Assembly: GCA_033764015.1 (NCBI GenBank)
Contig: JANRJK010000002.1
Location: forward strand, 64,001-128,000
Length of the DNA: 64,000 bases
Source of the DNA: Candidatus Sumerlaeia bacterium
GTDB lineage: Bacteria; Sumerlaeota; Sumerlaeia; SLMS01; JANRJK01
Reading direction: 5' to 3'
Numbering within the stretch: the stretch's first letter is position 1; each line of letters starts with the position of its first letter. Below the pieces are notes generated by a model. The model made no database searches, was not told where the DNA came from, and was given only the letters and a program-made list of their open reading frames with translations. This document shows, in pieces, positions 19,932 to 29,691 of the stretch. The translations under genes were made by a program, and so were the position numbers.

Positions 19932-21068
19932 TCAGACCAGGAGCTGATAGACGTCGGCGAGGAACTCGGCCGTGTGCCGCCACGTGAACCTCGGCGCGTG
20001 GAGGCGCCCGCGGTCGATCAACTGCCCCCGCAGCTCCTCGTCCGCGAGCACGCGGTGCATCGCCTCCGCCAGCTCCTCCTCGTCCCAAGGGTCTGCGAAG
20101 TGCGCCGCCTCGCCGCAGATCTCGGGCAGCGCGCCGCTCCGCCCCGCCAGCACCGGCACCCCCTGCGCCATCGCCTCCAGCGCCGGGAAGCCGAAGCCCT
20201 CGAACTTCGTCGCGAAGAACAACGCGTCCGCCCCCGCCAGCAGCACGCGCTTCTCGTCCTCCGAAACCTGGTGCAGCACCCGCACGCGGTCCGCCAGGCC
20301 GCGGATCCGGATCGCCCGCTCGACGTTCGAGAAGAACCGGTCCTGCTTGAGCACCAGCACGAACTGGTGGTCCTGCACCGCCGGGTCGCCGCGTTGCAGC
20401 ATCAGGCCGAACGCCTTCACCATCGCTTCGAGGTTCTTGTTCGGGCGCGTGGAGCCGAAGTAGAGCGCGTAGGGGCGGTCCAGCTTGTACGCCACCCGCG
20501 CTGCGGCGATCTGCTCCCCGCCCGGCTGCTGGAAGATCGACCCGTCGACGCCGGAATGCACCACCACCAGCTTCTGCTTGATCGACGGCAGCATCGCCGC
20601 CGCCGCGTCGCGCGTCGCGTAGCTGACGCACACAACCCACTTCGCGCGGTTCAGCACCGCGGGGTAAACCGTGCGGTAGAACTGGTTGTAGGCGAAGCGC
20701 ACCGGTGCGGTCCGCTCGCCCGAGAAGTGCGGGTCCGTGAACGGCTGCAGGTCGTGCAGCGTGACTATGAAGGGCGGCTGCATCCGCAGCGGCGCGAGCG
20801 GGAAGTGCGAGTGCACCAGCGTCGGCCGCGCGCGCTCGATCAACGCGCCGAGCGTCGTGAGCGTCCGGAAGCTCACCGGCGGCGCGGGGCTGCTCCGCAG
20901 GCTGAAGTTCGGGCCCACGCGAAGGTCGCCGTCGAACCGCGGCCCGACCAGCGCCACGTGCTCGTTCTTCTCGTCCAGAGCCGCGAGCGCCTCCAGCACC
21001 CCCCGCGAGTAGGTGCCGATGCCGCTGAACGCGGCGTCGAGGTACCGGCAGTCGTGGAGCAGCTTCAC
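19932..21068 (-). CDS. GT4 glycosyltransferase
   Basis: TLHDL, PNKNL, EGFGFPALEAMAQGVPV. Confidence 0.92.
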   Translation of the reverse strand: MKLLHDCRYLDAAFSGIGTYSRGVLEALAALDEKNEHVALVGPRFDGDLRVGPNFSLRSSPAPPVSFRTLTTLGALIERARPTLVHSHFPLAPLRMQPPFIVTLHDLQPFTDPHFSGERTAPVRFAYNQFYRTVYPAVLNRAKWVVCVSYATRDAAAAMLPSIKQKLVVVHSGVDGSIFQQPGGEQIAAARVAYKLDRPYALYFGSTRPNKNLEAMVKAFGLMLQRGDPAVQDHQFVLVLKQDRFFSNVERAIRIRGLADRVRVLHQVSEDEKRVLLAGADALFFATKFEGFGFPALEAMAQGVPVLAGRSGALPEICGEAAHFADPWDEEELAEAMHRVLADEELRGQLIDRGRLHAPRFTWRHTAEFLADVYQLLV

Positions 21069-21076
21069 GCCGCGCG

Positions 21077-21421
21077 TCAGCCCGGGGGCCAGCCCATGGC
21101 GCGCCCGCCCAGCAAGTGCAGGTGCACATGGAAGACCGTCTGGCCGCCGTCCTCGTTGCAGTTCATCACCAGGCGGTAGCCGCTCTCCGCGAGGCCGAGC
21201 TCCTTCGCCACCTTCGCGGCGATAATCACCATGCGCCCCGCGAGCGCCTCGTGCCCGGGGCCGAGGTCGTTCAGCGTGGCGACATCCTCCTTCGGAATCA
21301 CGAGGATGTGCGTGGGCGCCTGCGGCGCGACGTCGTGGAATGCGAGGACCAGATCGTCCTCGTAGACTTTCTTGCAGGGGATTTCGCCGGCGGCGATCCG
21401 TCCGAAAATCGTCTTCGCCAT
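21077..21421 (-). CDS. HIT family nucleotide-binding protein
   Basis: FHDVAPQAPTHILVIPK, GQTVFHVHLHLLGGR. Confidence 0.95.
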   Translation of the reverse strand: MAKTIFGRIAAGEIPCKKVYEDDLVLAFHDVAPQAPTHILVIPKEDVATLNDLGPGHEALAGRMVIIAAKVAKELGLAESGYRLVMNCNEDGGQTVFHVHLHLLGGRAMGWPPG

Positions 21422-21530
21422 GGGGTTGTCACCTCGCGCCGCGGTTGACCATGCTTCGCCGATGTGGCGAACTCGCCAATGTGCGCCCGCCCCGGGCCAC
21501 GCGAACAACACCAAACGGCGGTGCCAGACA

Positions 21531-24116
21531 ATGGACGCGATCCGGGAACAGTTCAGGCGGCACTTGGAGCGCGGCGACCTCTCCGCCGCGCAGTCCTGCG
21601 CCCGCCAGTTGATCGAGGCGCACGGCGGTCCGCCGAAGACCGCCGCGGTGGAGGTCGCCCGCGAAGCCGCCGCCCTCTACCGCCAGTTCCTCGCGGACCC
21701 CGTCGCCGAGTTCGCCGACGCCGCCCCGCACGGCCTCGGCGCCGAAGCCGGCGAAGTGGTCCAGAAGGCGCTCCAGCGCCTCTTCCGCATCGCCGGCGAG
21801 TGGGAGGCGAAGCTCTTCGACGTCCACCGCGAGCGCCTCGCCCGCGAGCTGCGCGACTACACCCGCGACCGCCGCTACGACCTCGCCCAGGAGCGCTTCC
21901 GGAACCTCCTCGACGCCGTCCCCGAGGCCGACCGCGGCAAGCAGGCCGAGTACATCGGCGCCGCCCTCGGCTCCCTCGTCAACCAAGCCGACAACGCGCG
22001 CCGCGTCCTCCGCGACGCCATCGGCAAGGCGCCGGAGATCGGCCTCCCCCCCGAGTCCGCCCCGGAAATGCTCAAGCGCTTCGAGGACCGCCTCGTCACC
22101 ACCATGAAGTCGCGCCAGGAGGGCCTCGAGCTCGAATGGAGCCGCCGGCTCGTCACGGTCCAGAACGACATCCGCAACGCCATGCCCGAGAAGAACAAGA
22201 TGGACGAGCCCGACGAGGCGGTCCTCCGCGACGTCGGCGACATCTTCCGCTCCCTCGCCCGCGTGCCGCTCCGCTTCGGCGACCCGCTCTACCCGGACCT
22301 GCTGGTGCTGCTGGCGGACTTCTGCCCCGGCGAGGTCGCCGCCACCGCCGCCGCCGCCGGCGTCGAAGTGCGCTCCTACTCGCTGCTCGGCTTCACCGCG
22401 CGCAAGTCGGTGCTCCTCACGTTCCAGGAACTCGGCAAGTCGCCGCGCTTCACCGGGCCCTACATGGCCTGGCTCGAGAAGAACCTCGGCGGCGACTACG
22501 CGCGCCGCGGCGTCGAGGTCGCCGGCGCGCTCCGCAGCGAGGCGTTCCGCCCGCTCTTCACGCGGCTCCTGGACGACAAGCGCTTCGCCGACATCCGCTC
22601 CCGCACGGTCGACGCCCTCGGCGACGTGGCGGGCGCGGAGGCCGCCGGCACGCTCCTCGCCGACCTGAAGAAGATCTGCAAGAAGGGCGTCCGCGACTCC
22701 GCCGAGCTCCGCGCCGCCACCGCGCTGCTCCAGTCCCTCGGCAAGGTCGTCCGCACGCCGCGCACCTCTCTCGATGAGCGGCTCGGCATCGCGCGCGAGG
22801 TCGTCGCCACCGTGCCGGCCACCGAGACGCGCCTCGCGCTCGCCGCCACGCAGCAGATCCTCGCCTTCAAGACGCACGACCTCGACCCGGTCTCGAAGCA
22901 CTACGCGATCACCGCGCTCACCAGCGCGCTCTGGCTCCCGGACGACTCCTCCGCGCTCGCCAAGGGCGGCGAGCGCCAGGCGAACATCCTCGGCTTCCGC
23001 GCGCCCATCGTCGAGTCGCTCAAGCGCGTCGCGAAGGAGGACTTCCCCTTCTTCCTGAAGGAGCTCGCCAAGTACGAGCTCCGCTACGGCGCCGCCTACA
23101 TGGCGGTCGCGGAGGTCCTCGAAGCCGCCGCCGACCCCGCCGCCGCGCCCCACCTCGAACGCATGCTCCTCACAGCGCTCCGCCACGCCCAGTCCCCCGG
23201 CTCGAAGTACGAGGCGGAGTTCTACTGGGACGCCGCCGCTCAGCAGCGCGTCGAACTCTCCCTCGACAAGGTCTGCGCCCCGCTGATCCACGCCCTCGGC
23301 AAGGTCGGCGGCGACGAGGGGAAGCGCCTCCTCGCCGACATCGAGCAGCAGATCAACGTGGGACGGATGCCGCTGCCGGGGGAGGAGAGCTCGAAGTTCC
23401 TCCGCCAGTTCGTCGGCATGGCGAACGTCAAGCAGCCGCCCCCCGTCGGCGGCGCCGCCGCGCCGGAACCGGAGCCCGCCCCGGTCCACGCGGACCCCGC
23501 GGAGGTCCGCGAGCTCGTGAAGGCGGTCACCTCCAGCTACTTCCTGAAGGGCGCCGACAAGCGCCGCGTCGGCAAGATCACCGCCCTCACGCGCCTCGGC
23601 CAGCTCGTGCCCCTCGAAGCGCTCGGCGCCGTCATCGAGCAGTTCGCCGACAAGGACCTGCTTGTCTCCGCCGCCGCGGTCACCTCCGCCTCGCAGTATG
23701 CGATGCCGGACAAGCCCAAGGCGGTGCGGACGGCGGCGCTGAACGCGTTGGCGGAGGCCGCGGAAAGCAAGGACCCCGCGATCCGCGTCGGCGTCCAGAA
23801 GACGCTGCGCGAGATCGGCCCGTCGCGGCAGGATGTGAAGCCGATCCTCGAACTGTCGCTCAAGTCCGCCCGGACCCCCGAGGCGCGCGGCATCTTCATG
23901 GACCTGTTGAAGGGCGCCTCCATCGGCGGCCAGCCCACGCGCTCCAGCCAGATGGTCCCGAAGATGGAGGGCGAGTCCGGCCCCTCCGAACAGCATCCTC
24001 CGGCCGCCGCCGATCCGCTCACCGCGAAGCGCGACTACCTCAACGCGCGCCGCGCGTGGATCGCGGGGGGCAAGAAGGGCCCGCCCCCGGTGCCTCCGCC
24101 GGGCTTCGGCGAGTGA
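21531..24116 (+). CDS. Large alpha-helical HEAT-repeat-like hypothetical protein
   Basis: Long ORF with typical codon bias; repeated DALG/QSLG/HALG helical units. Confidence 0.7.
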   Translation: MDAIREQFRRHLERGDLSAAQSCARQLIEAHGGPPKTAAVEVAREAAALYRQFLADPVAEFADAAPHGLGAEAGEVVQKALQRLFRIAGEWEAKLFDVHRERLARELRDYTRDRRYDLAQERFRNLLDAVPEADRGKQAEYIGAALGSLVNQADNARRVLRDAIGKAPEIGLPPESAPEMLKRFEDRLVTTMKSRQEGLELEWSRRLVTVQNDIRNAMPEKNKMDEPDEAVLRDVGDIFRSLARVPLRFGDPLYPDLLVLLADFCPGEVAATAAAAGVEVRSYSLLGFTARKSVLLTFQELGKSPRFTGPYMAWLEKNLGGDYARRGVEVAGALRSEAFRPLFTRLLDDKRFADIRSRTVDALGDVAGAEAAGTLLADLKKICKKGVRDSAELRAATALLQSLGKVVRTPRTSLDERLGIAREVVATVPATETRLALAATQQILAFKTHDLDPVSKHYAITALTSALWLPDDSSALAKGGERQANILGFRAPIVESLKRVAKEDFPFFLKELAKYELRYGAAYMAVAEVLEAAADPAAAPHLERMLLTALRHAQSPGSKYEAEFYWDAAAQQRVELSLDKVCAPLIHALGKVGGDEGKRLLADIEQQINVGRMPLPGEESSKFLRQFVGMANVKQPPPVGGAAAPEPEPAPVHADPAEVRELVKAVTSSYFLKGADKRRVGKITALTRLGQLVPLEALGAVIEQFADKDLLVSAAAVTSASQYAMPDKPKAVRTAALNALAEAAESKDPAIRVGVQKTLREIGPSRQDVKPILELSLKSARTPEARGIFMDLLKGASIGGQPTRSSQMVPKMEGESGPSEQHPPAAADPLTAKRDYLNARRAWIAGGKKGPPPVPPPGFGE

Positions 24117-24225
24117 CACCTCCGCGCGCGGCACGTAGCCCTTGCTTCATCCGCCGCGCAGGGCAAGGTTGCACCCGGCCGGGCCCAGCCGCCCGGTGTT
24201 CCAATCTGTCGCGGAGTCTTCTCCC

Positions 24226-25758
24226 ATGGGCATCTTCGGTGGTGGCAAGAAGCCCGATCCCCCCAAGCCCCCTACGCCGCCTCCGTTCCGTCCGGACGAG
24301 GAGACCGCGCCCGGCCCCGGCCCCCGCCGCGGCAACCAGCCGCTCCCCTCCGTTCCGCGCTTCGGCGGCCCCAACACGCCGGCCTACGGCGTGCCCTCCG
24401 CCGCCAGCATCTCCCCCGCGACCGAAATCGCCCCCCGCGGCGCCGACGGCCAGCCCCAGCGCGTCCTGCCGCAGCCCCGGACCCCGCAGAACACGCCCCC
24501 CTCGTCGCAGGCCGCGCCCCCACCGCAGCGCTCCGAGCGCAAGCACCCGTCCTCCGAGGAAACCGCGCTCCCGGGGTCGCTCCCGCAGGTCGAAGACCTG
24601 AGGGCTGGACGCGTCCCCGCCCCCTCGCCCGGCATCCCGAGCACCGCCGCCAACGCGGTGCTGCGCACCGCCCCCCGCCCGCAGGCCGCCGCCAGCCAGA
24701 CGCAGGTCGCCGTCGACCTCCGCGCCATGCTCAAGGAGGCCGTCCGCCTTGGCGCTTCCGACCTGCACCTGACCCGCAACATGCCGCCGATGATCCGCCT
24801 CGACGGCTTCCTCCGCCCTCTCGAGGCGCCGCCCCTCACCGACGAGCAGTGCACCCGCCTCGTCATGGCGATGCTCACCCCGGAGCAGAAGTCGCGCTTC
24901 AACAACGACTGGGAGCTCGACCTCTCCGCCGACCTCGCCGACGTCGGGCGCTTCCGCGTGAACGTCCACCGCCAGCGTGGCAACATCGAGGCCGCCTTCC
25001 GCGTCGTGAACGATGTGATCCTCCCCATCAAGCAGCTCGGCCTGCCCAAGGTGGTCGAGGACCTCGCCCGCAAGAACAGCGGCCTCGTCGTCGTCACCGG
25101 CCCCACCGGCAGCGGCAAGACCACCTCCCTCGCCGCCATCATCGACCAGATCAACCACGAGCGGCAGTGCATGGTCGTGACGGTCGAGGACCCGATCGAG
25201 TACATCCACCGCAACCACCGCGCGATCGTGAAGCAGCGCGAGGTCACCAGCGACACCCACAGCTTCGCCGCCGCGCTCCGGCACGTCCTCCGCCAGGACC
25301 CCGACGTGATCGTCATCGGCGAAATGCGCGATATCGAAACGATCTCCACCTCGTTGCTCGCCGCCGAAACCGGCCACATGGTCTACACCACGCTCCACAC
25401 GCCGGACGCCGTCCAGACCATCGACCGCATCATCGACGTCTTCCCCCCGCACCACCAGGAGCAGACGCGCATCCAGCTCGCCAACACGCTCGAAGGCGTC
25501 GTCGCGCAGCAGCTCCTCCCGGTGCCCGGCAACCGCGGGCGCGCCCTCGCCGCGGAGATCCTCATCGCCACCACCGCCGTCCGGAAAATCATCCGCGCCG
25601 CCAAGTCCGAGCAGCTCATGACCATCATCCAGACGGGCGGCGAGCAGGGCATGGTCTCCATGGACAAGTCGCTCAAGAGCCTCTACCTGCAGGGGCTCAT
25701 CACGTTCGAGGACGCGATCACGCGCTGCAAGAACCCGGAGCACTTCGACAACATCTAA
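24226..25758 (+). CDS. pilT: PilT-family ATPase with Pro-rich N-terminal extension
   Basis: ASDLHL, GRFRVN, GPTGSGKTT, EDPIEY, LRQDPDVIVIGEMRD, TLHT. Confidence 0.92.
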   Translation: MGIFGGGKKPDPPKPPTPPPFRPDEETAPGPGPRRGNQPLPSVPRFGGPNTPAYGVPSAASISPATEIAPRGADGQPQRVLPQPRTPQNTPPSSQAAPPPQRSERKHPSSEETALPGSLPQVEDLRAGRVPAPSPGIPSTAANAVLRTAPRPQAAASQTQVAVDLRAMLKEAVRLGASDLHLTRNMPPMIRLDGFLRPLEAPPLTDEQCTRLVMAMLTPEQKSRFNNDWELDLSADLADVGRFRVNVHRQRGNIEAAFRVVNDVILPIKQLGLPKVVEDLARKNSGLVVVTGPTGSGKTTSLAAIIDQINHERQCMVVTVEDPIEYIHRNHRAIVKQREVTSDTHSFAAALRHVLRQDPDVIVIGEMRDIETISTSLLAAETGHMVYTTLHTPDAVQTIDRIIDVFPPHHQEQTRIQLANTLEGVVAQQLLPVPGNRGRALAAEILIATTAVRKIIRAAKSEQLMTIIQTGGEQGMVSMDKSLKSLYLQGLITFEDAITRCKNPEHFDNI

Positions 25759-25796
25759 GGCGGTGCCATTACTCCTTGACGTTCCCCCTCCCTCGG

Positions 25797-25814
25797 AATT
25801 AGCCTAGGCTTACT
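25797..25814. promoter_or_regulatory. Candidate DtxR/MntR-type operator over the -10 region
   Basis: AATTAGCCTAGGCTTACT with perfect core AGCCTAGGCT; TTGACG at 25776. Confidence 0.6.
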
Positions 25815-25842
25815 TTAGTCGGCAAGGCTGACCAACTCTCCC

Positions 25843-26736
25843 GTGACTCAACCCCGCAACGCACTCCTCGTCCTCCTGCTCCTCCTCGCCGCGACCCTCC
25901 ACGCCCGCGAACCCATCAACGTCGTCGCGACCACCGGATACGTCGGCGACGTCGCCGCCCGCGTCGGCGGCCCGGACATCGCCCTCACGGTGCTCATGGG
26001 GCCCGGCGTCGATCCCCACCTCTACAAGGCGACCCCCGCCGACGTCCGAGCCCTCCAGCAGGCGGAGGTGGTGTTCTACAACGGCCTCCATCTCGAAGGG
26101 AAGATGACCGACGTCCTGCACCGCCTCGCGCGCACCAAGACCGTCGCCGCCTTCGAAGCCGCCATCCCCCCCGAACGCATCCGCTCCGCCGACGGTGCCG
26201 CGGACCCGCACGTCTGGTTCGACGCCTCGCTCTGGGCCGAAACGCCGCTCCTCGTCGCCGAGACCCTCGCGAAGCGCGACCCCGACCGCGCCGCCGCCTT
26301 CCGCGAGCGTGCCGAAGCGTACCGCGCGGAGCTGCTCGCCCTCCACGACTGGGCAACCGCCGAGCTCGCCGCCGTCCCCGCAGGGCGCCGCGTGCTCGTC
26401 ACCGCCCACGACGCCTTCGGCTACTTCGGAGCCGCCTACGGCTTCGAGGTCCATGCCCCGCAGGGCATCAGCACGCTTTCCGAGTACGGCCTCGCGGATG
26501 TGAACGGGCTCGTGGACTTCATCGTCGAGAAGCGCCTCCCGGCGATCTTCGTCGAGTCCTCCGTGTCGCCCCGCTCCATCGACGCGCTCCGCGCCGGCGC
26601 CACCGCCCGCGGCCACGAGGTGCGCCTCGGCGGCAGCCTCTACTCCGACGCGCTCGGCCCGAAGGAGGCCGGGGCGGACACGTTCCCCGGCGCCTTCCGC
26701 TCGAACGTGCGCACCATCGTCGAGGCGCTCCGGTGA
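25843..26736 (+). CDS. Mn/Zn/Fe ABC substrate-binding protein (TroA/MntA-like)
   Basis: [31 protein letters not shown]. Confidence 0.93.
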   Translation: MTQPRNALLVLLLLLAATLHAREPINVVATTGYVGDVAARVGGPDIALTVLMGPGVDPHLYKATPADVRALQQAEVVFYNGLHLEGKMTDVLHRLARTKTVAAFEAAIPPERIRSADGAADPHVWFDASLWAETPLLVAETLAKRDPDRAAAFRERAEAYRAELLALHDWATAELAAVPAGRRVLVTAHDAFGYFGAAYGFEVHAPQGISTLSEYGLADVNGLVDFIVEKRLPAIFVESSVSPRSIDALRAGATARGHEVRLGGSLYSDALGPKEAGADTFPGAFRSNVRTIVEALR

Positions 26737-27530
26737 CCGCGCACGTCGTCTCCGCCGCCGTCCCCGCGCTCGAGGTCCACGACCTCAGCGTGGCGTACCG
26801 CTCGCAGCCGGTCGTCTGGAACGTGGACTTCGAGCTCCCGCCCGGTGTCCTCTGCGGCGTGGTGGGGCCGAACGGCGCAGGCAAGAGCACGCTCTTCAAG
26901 GCGATCCTCGGCCTGCTGCCGACCGCCTCCGGCTTCGTCCGCGTCCTCGGCAAGGGCTTCGAGTCGCAGCGCCTCCGCGTGGGCTACATCCCGCAGCGCG
27001 AATCCGTGGACTGGGACTTCCCGACGGACGCGCTGGACGTGGTGCTGATGGGGCGCTACGGGCGGCTCGGCTGGTTCCGGCGCCCGTCCAAGGCGGACCG
27101 CGCGCTGGCCATGGAGTGCCTCGAACAGGTCGGCATGGCGGACTTCGCGCGCCGCCAGATCAGCCAGCTCTCCGGCGGCCAGCAGCAGCGCGTCTTCATG
27201 GCCCGCGCCCTCGCCCAGCAGGCCGACCTCTACTTCCTCGACGAGCCTTTCGCCGGGGTCGACGCCGCCACGGAGCGTTCGATCATCGACCTGCTCCGCG
27301 CGCTCCGCGACCGCGGCGCGACGGTCCTCGTGATCCACCACGACCTCCAGTCGGTCGCCGAGTACTTCGACTGGATCCTCATGCTCAACATGCGCCTGGT
27401 GGCGTGCGGCCCGACCGCCGACACCTTCACTCCCGAGAACCTGCACCGCACCTACGGCGGGCGGCTCACGCTCCTGGCCGAGGCGGTCGAACGGCTCCGC
27501 GCCGCGCGCGAGGGGCGGACCGCCTCCTGA
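26733..27530 (+). CDS. Metal ABC transporter ATPase (TroB-like)
   Basis: [26 protein letters not shown]. Confidence 0.95.
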   Translation: MTAHVVSAAVPALEVHDLSVAYRSQPVVWNVDFELPPGVLCGVVGPNGAGKSTLFKAILGLLPTASGFVRVLGKGFESQRLRVGYIPQRESVDWDFPTDALDVVLMGRYGRLGWFRRPSKADRALAMECLEQVGMADFARRQISQLSGGQQQRVFMARALAQQADLYFLDEPFAGVDAATERSIIDLLRALRDRGATVLVIHHDLQSVAEYFDWILMLNMRLVACGPTADTFTPENLHRTYGGRLTLLAEAVERLRAAREGRTAS

Positions 27531-28828
27531 TGGACGAGCTGTTGCGCTTCGTGCTCCTGCGCGACGCCAACACCGTGTACGTCGTCGCGGGGACCGTGCT
27601 GCTCGGCATCGCGAGCGGCCTGGTCGGCACCTTCGCGCTGCTCCGCCGCGAAAGCCTCGTGGGCGACGCGCTGGCGCACGCGGCGCTGCCGGGCGTCTGC
27701 GCGGGATTCCTCCTGGCGGGGGAGCGCCGCCTCGCCGCGCTCCTCGGCGGCGCGCTCCTCGCCGGATGGCTCGGCACCCAGGCGATCGCGCTGATCCAGC
27801 GGCGCTCGAAGCTCAAGGACGACGCCGCCATCGGCATCGTCCTCAGCGTCTTCTTCGCCCTTGGCATGGTGCTCCTGACCTACATCCAAACGCTGCCGAC
27901 CGGCGCGCAGGCGGGCCTCGACAAGTACCTCTTCGGCTCCGCCGCCTCGCTGGTGGGGCGCGACGTCGCGGTGATCGGCGCGGTCGCCGCGCTCGCCGCG
28001 GGCGCGGTGGCGCTGCTCTACAAGGAGTTCAAGCTGCTCTGCTTCGACGCGGGCCTTTCCGCCTCCCTGGGTTTCCCCCGGGGACTCCTCGAGGCGGTGC
28101 TCATGACGCTGCTTGCGCTGACCGTCGTGGCGGGCCTCCAGACCGTCGGCGCGGTGCTGATCTCGGCGCTGCTGATCGCTCCGGCGGCGGCGGCGCGGCT
28201 GTGGACGGACCGGCTGCCGGTGATGCTCGCGCTGGCGGCGGCGTTCGGCGCGGCCAGCGGCTACGTCGGCGCGCTCTTCAGCTCCCTCGGCGGCTCGCTC
28301 CCTACCGGCCCCCTGGTGGTGCTCTCCGCCGCCGGGATCTTCTGCGTCTCGCTCGTCGTGGCGCCGGAGCGCGGCCTCGCCGCCCGCCTCCTCCGCCGCC
28401 GGCGCACCAACGCCCGAATCCGCGGCGAGAACGCGCTCAAGCACATCTTCCTCATCGAGGAGCACCTCGCCAATCCCGCGCTGGTGTCCGGCGAGGACGT
28501 CGCCGCGCACCACAGCGTCGGAGTCCGCGACGCGCTCGCGATGCTCGAGGGCCTCCGCCGCCGCGGCTGGGTCGAGCGCGACGGCGCCGCCTGGTCCCTC
28601 ACCCCCGAGGGCTCCACCGAGGCCCGCCGCATCGTCGCCAGCCACCGCGTCTGGGAGACGTACCTCGCCCGCGAGCTCGCCCTCCCGCCGGACCACCTGC
28701 ACCGCGACGCGGAGGACATGGAGCACGTCATCGACCGCGACATGCTCGGGCGCCTCGACGAGGAGCTGGGCCACCCCGCCCGCGACCCCCACGGCACCCG
28801 CATCCCCCGCCCGGAGGAGCGGCCGTGA
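27530..28828 (+). CDS. Metal ABC permease fused to C-terminal DtxR/MntR-like domain
   Basis: GDALAHAALPG permease motif; tail HRVWETYL, HRDAEDMEH, DPHG. Confidence 0.9.
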   Translation: MDELLRFVLLRDANTVYVVAGTVLLGIASGLVGTFALLRRESLVGDALAHAALPGVCAGFLLAGERRLAALLGGALLAGWLGTQAIALIQRRSKLKDDAAIGIVLSVFFALGMVLLTYIQTLPTGAQAGLDKYLFGSAASLVGRDVAVIGAVAALAAGAVALLYKEFKLLCFDAGLSASLGFPRGLLEAVLMTLLALTVVAGLQTVGAVLISALLIAPAAAARLWTDRLPVMLALAAAFGAASGYVGALFSSLGGSLPTGPLVVLSAAGIFCVSLVVAPERGLAARLLRRRRTNARIRGENALKHIFLIEEHLANPALVSGEDVAAHHSVGVRDALAMLEGLRRRGWVERDGAAWSLTPEGSTEARRIVASHRVWETYLARELALPPDHLHRDAEDMEHVIDRDMLGRLDEELGHPARDPHGTRIPRPEERP

Positions 28829-29691
28829 GCGACGCGCTCCCGGTGATCCTCGTCGGCTACCTGGCCGCGGGCGCGTGCTCGCTCCTCGGCTGCTTCCTCG
28901 TGCTGCGCCGCATGGGGATGATGGGCGACGCGATCAGCCACGCGGTGCTCCCCGGCATCGTGGTGGCTTTTCTGCTCTCGGGCGAGCGCGCCGCCCTGCC
29001 GATGCTGCTCGGCGCGGGCTCCGTCGGCTTCGCCGCCGCCGTCGGCATCGAGCTGCTGCACCGCCGCGGGCGCATCGCCCAGGACGCCTCCATCGGCATC
29101 GTCTTCACCGCGCTCTTCGCGCTCGGCGTGCTCCTCGTCGCGCGCTTCGCCGGGCAGGTGGACCTCGACATGGACTGCGTGCTGCACGGCGAGATCGCCT
29201 TCGCGGCGCTCGATCCGCTGGTGGCGGGCGGGCGCGAGCTGGGTCCCCGCGCCGCGTGGATCCTCGGCGCCGCCTTCCTCGCCAACCTCGCCTTCGTCCT
29301 CCTGTTCTGGAAGGAGCTGAAGCTGTCGACCTTCGACCCCACGCTGGCGGCGGTCGCGGGCGTGGGCGCCGCGGCGGTGCACTACGCGCTGCTCGGCCTC
29401 ACGTCGCTCACCGCGGTCGCCGCGTTCGAGTCCGTCGGCGCGGTCCTCGTCGTCGCCATGCTGATCGTGCCCGCCTCCGCCGCGTACCTGATGACGGAGC
29501 GCCTCGGGACCATGCTGCTGCTGGCGCAGGCGGTCTCGCTCGCGTCCGCCGTGGCGGGCTACTTCCTCGCGGTGCGCTGGAACGTCTCCATCGCGGGCAT
29601 GATGGTGGTGGTCTCCGGCGCGATCTTCGCGGTGGCGTTCGCGCTCAACCCGCGGATGCGGCGCCCGCGCGCGGCGGCGGCTCCCGCCTAG
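28825..29691 (+). CDS. Metal ABC permease (TroD-like)
   Basis: GDAISHAVLPG, AFESVGAVLVVAML; GTGA overlap. Confidence 0.92.
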   Translation: MSDALPVILVGYLAAGACSLLGCFLVLRRMGMMGDAISHAVLPGIVVAFLLSGERAALPMLLGAGSVGFAAAVGIELLHRRGRIAQDASIGIVFTALFALGVLLVARFAGQVDLDMDCVLHGEIAFAALDPLVAGGRELGPRAAWILGAAFLANLAFVLLFWKELKLSTFDPTLAAVAGVGAAAVHYALLGLTSLTAVAAFESVGAVLVVAMLIVPASAAYLMTERLGTMLLLAQAVSLASAVAGYFLAVRWNVSIAGMMVVVSGAIFAVAFALNPRMRRPRAAAAPA

